Shown one piece after another: positions 60,939 through 64,000 of a DNA stretch of 64,000 nucleotides. Each line of letters begins with the position of its first letter. Positions within the stretch are counted from its first letter, which is position 1. Under the pieces are notes generated by a model. The model did not search any database. It was not told the origin of the DNA and saw nothing but the letters and a program-made list of their open reading frames with translations. A program made the translations under genes and the position numbers. This stretch comes from Minisyncoccota bacterium (GTDB taxonomy: Bacteria; Patescibacteriota; Microgenomatia; UBA1400; PJMF01): positions 10,228 through 74,227 of the forward strand of contig JAOUMD010000002.1 of assembly GCA_029881675.1 (NCBI GenBank). The letters run 5' to 3'.

Positions 60939-61565
60939 ATGAAAAAAGCTAAACAACACATGAGAAATTTTCTTTCAAAATTACAGACTAGCCGTTCTGG
61001 TTTTACGATGATCGAGTTATTAGTTGTTATTTCTGTTATTGGAATTTTAGCTGTTGCAGTGCTCTCTTCAATCAATCCGATTGAACAAATTAATAAGGGT
61101 CGAGATACTCGTACTAGGTCCGATGCTGCCCAGCTTATTAATGCTGTTGATAGATACTTCTCTATTCAAGAAACATACCCATGGAATGATGCCAATGGGA
61201 CTGATTGGACTCCTACTACTAGTTATGATGAATATGATGAAGAATTTGTTAGTGTAGGTGGAAGTGCTGCTGCATGGGGTTGGATTCAAATTTTAACAGA
61301 TGTTCAGGAAGTTAAAAAAGGTTTTGTAACTCGTGTCATTAATGATGATAATGTAATTGTCTTCAAAGCTACCGGAGCTAATGAGACTATGTACGCTTGT
61401 TTCTTACCTGCTTCAAACTCTTTTAAGAGAGAAGCTGCAACAAATTGTGATTCATCCGTAGGAGTTACCCCATATGGTACTGGAGATGGTGTCCCTTCCT
61501 CTGTCACAACCTGTGCTACTAGAGATGGTACTACAGATGAAGCTAATTATATCTGCTTGCCTTAA
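60939..61565 (+). CDS. type IV pilin (prepilin with class III signal)
   Basis: G|FTMIELLVVISVIGILA N-methylation/cleavage motif; Cys pair near C-terminus. Confidence 0.75.
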   Translation: MKKAKQHMRNFLSKLQTSRSGFTMIELLVVISVIGILAVAVLSSINPIEQINKGRDTRTRSDAAQLINAVDRYFSIQETYPWNDANGTDWTPTTSYDEYDEEFVSVGGSAAAWGWIQILTDVQEVKKGFVTRVINDDNVIVFKATGANETMYACFLPASNSFKREAATNCDSSVGVTPYGTGDGVPSSVTTCATRDGTTDEANYICLP

Positions 61566-61577
61566 TAGGATGTAGAT

Positions 61578-62390
61578 ATGCTGATCCCCTTTCTGATCAT
61601 AAGTTTAGCACTATTCTTTACGGGAGCTGCCATCGGCAGCTTCCTTAATGTAGTTATTTATAGATCTCTTAATGATGAATCCTGGGTAACTGGTAGATCT
61701 AGATGTGATAGCTGTCGTAAAAAGATAAGCTGGTATGACAATATCCCTGTACTTTCTTATTTAATATTACGAGCTAAGTGTCGTTTCTGTAAAAAACCAA
61801 TTGCCCTAACTCACCCCGTTGTAGAAGTACTAGTTGGAAGTCTTTTTGTTTGGTGGTATTGGTCTGCTAGTATTTTCTTTACATTGACTCAAAGACCATT
61901 TGAGGTGTTACAACCAGCTTTTTGGTTAGTGGTTGGTATTATTTTAATAGCTATTCTTGTTACTGATTACCTTTATTATATTATTCCTGATTCTTTTGTA
62001 ATTCTTTTACTTGGTTTAACTATAATTTATCGTGCTGCTTTAGTTGGCTTTGGAATTATGCAAACCAATGATTTAATCATGGCTATATTTGGAATGATTT
62101 TATCCGTTCTATTCATTGGGAGTTTGTGGTTTTTTACTAGAGGAAAAGGGATGGGCCTTGGTGATGTTAAATTGATGGTTCCACTCTCTTTATTACTTGG
62201 ATGGCCAAACACTTTAGTTGGATTATTTTTGAGTTTTATCTTAGGTGGCTTTGTCGGTGGTGGTTTACTTTTATCAAAGAGAAAGAAAATGGGACAAGTA
62301 GTGCCATTTGGTCCTTTCTTGATTTTAGGAACTTTTATATCATTGATATGGGGAGATCAAATCCTAACTTGGTATTTGTCTTTTCTATAA
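61578..62390 (+). CDS. pilD: prepilin peptidase PilD (A24 family)
   Basis: CxxC...CxxC zinc motif, catalytic Asp regions (GLGDVKLM). Confidence 0.85.
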   Translation: MLIPFLIISLALFFTGAAIGSFLNVVIYRSLNDESWVTGRSRCDSCRKKISWYDNIPVLSYLILRAKCRFCKKPIALTHPVVEVLVGSLFVWWYWSASIFFTLTQRPFEVLQPAFWLVVGIILIAILVTDYLYYIIPDSFVILLLGLTIIYRAALVGFGIMQTNDLIMAIFGMILSVLFIGSLWFFTRGKGMGLGDVKLMVPLSLLLGWPNTLVGLFLSFILGGFVGGGLLLSKRKKMGQVVPFGPFLILGTFISLIWGDQILTWYLSFL

Positions 62391-62411
62391 GCACTTTGTA
62401 AGGGATATAAA

Positions 62412-63320
62412 ATGAGAATTTTAAAATTAATCTTTTTTTCACTTTTTTTCATAGGTTTAATTGGCTCGGCTGTATTTTTCATCGGTCGAGAATTTTTGCT
62501 AACAATGGGTACATCTGCAATGAGGAGTTCATTAAAAGAAGTAGCCTCAGTTTCTAAAAATAGTGGTGTTTATGCGGCTGAGTGTCGTAAAAAAGGAATT
62601 GTTGAACTTGATGAGAGTTCTATTAAATCAATTCAACTTCGTTTTACCTCTGATACTGAGTATCAAATTGAGGTGATATGTCGTCAGTTTAGTTTGAATC
62701 CTATTATTGTTAAGTCAGCTAAACTACCTCAGTTTGTTAGAAAAACTGCGGGTTTTAGTGGCGTAGTATGGGGAAATGATCTTAGCGGTGTTGCAATTGA
62801 GGCTTGGGGTAAAGTAAAAAGTGTTTTTGTTGAAGATAAAAGTATCTACCTAGGGTCTTTAGAAGATGTTCAAGGAGCCGTAGGTCCATTAACTAGCTGT
62901 GAAGGGCAAGGGTTTGTTTGTTGTCAGGCGGACACTACTTTTGGGCAAGGAGATCAACTAAGTAATGTCACTGATTGTCCCCAAAGTTGCTATGCAAGTT
63001 GTGTCAGAAGGCCAGTAATTTTATCTGTTTCTACTCAACCTTTCTTTGACCTGAAGACCAGAATTTTAACTGCTACAAAGGGAGAACAAATCGTTGTTGC
63101 CTATGTGACAGATCCAGCTGGTTCTAAAGAACTTGATATTACAATTGATTTTGGAGATGGTGAAAACCAACATATGTCAGAGTATGCAGATAGTGTTATT
63201 CATACCTATAATTGTAGTAAGGAGTCTTGTCGGTATGACCTAGAAGTGACAGCAATTAATGAGGATGGTATTGAGGCTGCTAGGACTTCAATTACCAGAG
63301 TGACTGTAATTGTGCAATAA
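62412..63320 (+). CDS. membrane-anchored Cys-rich protein inside the pilus cluster (possible pilus accessory)
   Basis: N-terminal TM, 13 Cys; context only. Confidence 0.4.
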   Translation: MRILKLIFFSLFFIGLIGSAVFFIGREFLLTMGTSAMRSSLKEVASVSKNSGVYAAECRKKGIVELDESSIKSIQLRFTSDTEYQIEVICRQFSLNPIIVKSAKLPQFVRKTAGFSGVVWGNDLSGVAIEAWGKVKSVFVEDKSIYLGSLEDVQGAVGPLTSCEGQGFVCCQADTTFGQGDQLSNVTDCPQSCYASCVRRPVILSVSTQPFFDLKTRILTATKGEQIVVAYVTDPAGSKELDITIDFGDGENQHMSEYADSVIHTYNCSKESCRYDLEVTAINEDGIEAARTSITRVTVIVQ

Positions 63321-63747
63321 TGAGACTATGAAAAAGAAAAACTTTGGATTTACCCTACTTGAACTATTAGTTGTTATATCTATTATTGGATTGCTTGTGG
63401 CTATGGGAGCTGTTGCTTTTACTACGGCTCAGAAAAGAGGTCGTGATAGTAAAAGACGTGGAGATATGAAAGCTACCCAGAGTGCCTTTGAGCAATACTA
63501 TGCCGATAACGGCGCCTACTCTACTACTTGTAGTGCTATGGCTACTGGATATATGCCAGGAGGATTACCTGAAGATCCAAAGCCAAGTGAGTCATATACT
63601 ATGAATTGTGCAGCTGATGCATATTGTATTTGTGCTCTGGTTGAAGACTCAGGTAATGGAAATGCCGCAGCTCCAGCAGCTTTAAGTACAATTTGTGATT
63701 ATTCTGGTGCACCTCAAGATTATTTTTGTGTAAATAATTTGCAATAA
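63310..63747 (+). CDS. type IV pilin / pseudopilin
   Basis: KKKNFG|FTLLELLVVISIIGLL prepilin motif (likely true start at 63328). Confidence 0.75.
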   Translation: MCNNETMKKKNFGFTLLELLVVISIIGLLVAMGAVAFTTAQKRGRDSKRRGDMKATQSAFEQYYADNGAYSTTCSAMATGYMPGGLPEDPKPSESYTMNCAADAYCICALVEDSGNGNAAAPAALSTICDYSGAPQDYFCVNNLQ

Positions 63748-63749
63748 TT

Positions 63750-64000
63750 ATGTCTAAATTAAGAAATATAATGAATAAAAATAACTCAAAATTAAAGAAG
63801 GATAAAAATGGTTTTTCAATGATTGAGTTACTTGTTGTAACTACAATTATTATTATTCTTACTACAATTGGTTTAGTCAGTTATACAGCGGCAAATAAGA
63901 ATGCTCGTAATGGTAAAAGAAAAGCTGATATGGAAATGGTTAGACAAGCATTAGTTCTATACAGAACTGATAATGGTTCTTATCCGTCCACTTCTGTCTT
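63750..64000 (+). CDS. type IV pilin (partial, runs off window end)
   Basis: ...KNG|FSMIELLVVTTIIIILT prepilin motif; alternative start 63771. Confidence 0.6.
   Translation, partial: MSKLRNIMNKNNSKLKKDKNGFSMIELLVVTTIIIILTTIGLVSYTAANKNARNGKRKADMEMVRQALVLYRTDNGSYPSTSV

Overview
The window reads as a low-GC (about 35-38% by eye), very gene-dense bacterial chromosome segment with short intergenic spacers, typical of a reduced genome such as Patescibacteria/CPR. That lineage call is an inference, not verified. TAA, TAG and TGA all serve as stop codons in conserved genes (tmk and recR end in TAG, a NUDIX gene at 12353 ends in TGA), so there is no genome-wide stop recoding. Most of the window is housekeeping: tdk-tmk-X-recR, hpf, cysS, a radC-like gene, ychF, the rpsF-ssb-rpsR operon, ctpA, prfA, rpmE, hisS, pepP, dnaB, tRNA-Leu(CAA), lgt-lspA-rluD, glyA, nfo, a frameshifted folD, rpsB-tsf, yebC, ugd-uxs, tRNA-Ala(GGC), a holB-gyrB-DHH-gyrA block on the minus strand, and a type IV pilus cluster (pilB-pilT-pilC-pilin-pilD-X-pilin-pilin). 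Five regions are not explained by this backbone. (1) 29.8-33.4 kb holds two tandem paralogous genes of unknown function plus a third unrelated gene. B and C are each preceded by a near-identical ~290 bp cassette: a TTGACA-17-T(C/T)TAAT promoter, a 52-nt conserved motif followed by an A/T hairpin, then a second copy of the motif fused to an AAGGAGG RBS. (2) 47.4-50.2 kb is an unusually long ORF-free, structure-rich stretch (~1 kb) next to a small divergent gene and a tyrosine recombinase, abutting the 3' end of tRNA-Ala. This is a candidate integrated element or large ncRNA. (3) 33.4-33.96 kb is a GC-richer islet of tiny membrane-protein genes, one with an in-frame amber codon. (4) 10.05-11.8 kb is a GC-richer pair: a highly acidic protein and a pentapeptide-repeat protein. 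(5) At 20078..20221 there is an unannotated 47-codon Cys-rich metallothionein-like ORF. Two genes (an LmbE/PIG-L-like deacetylase and folD) are broken by single-base shifts inside T homopolymers.
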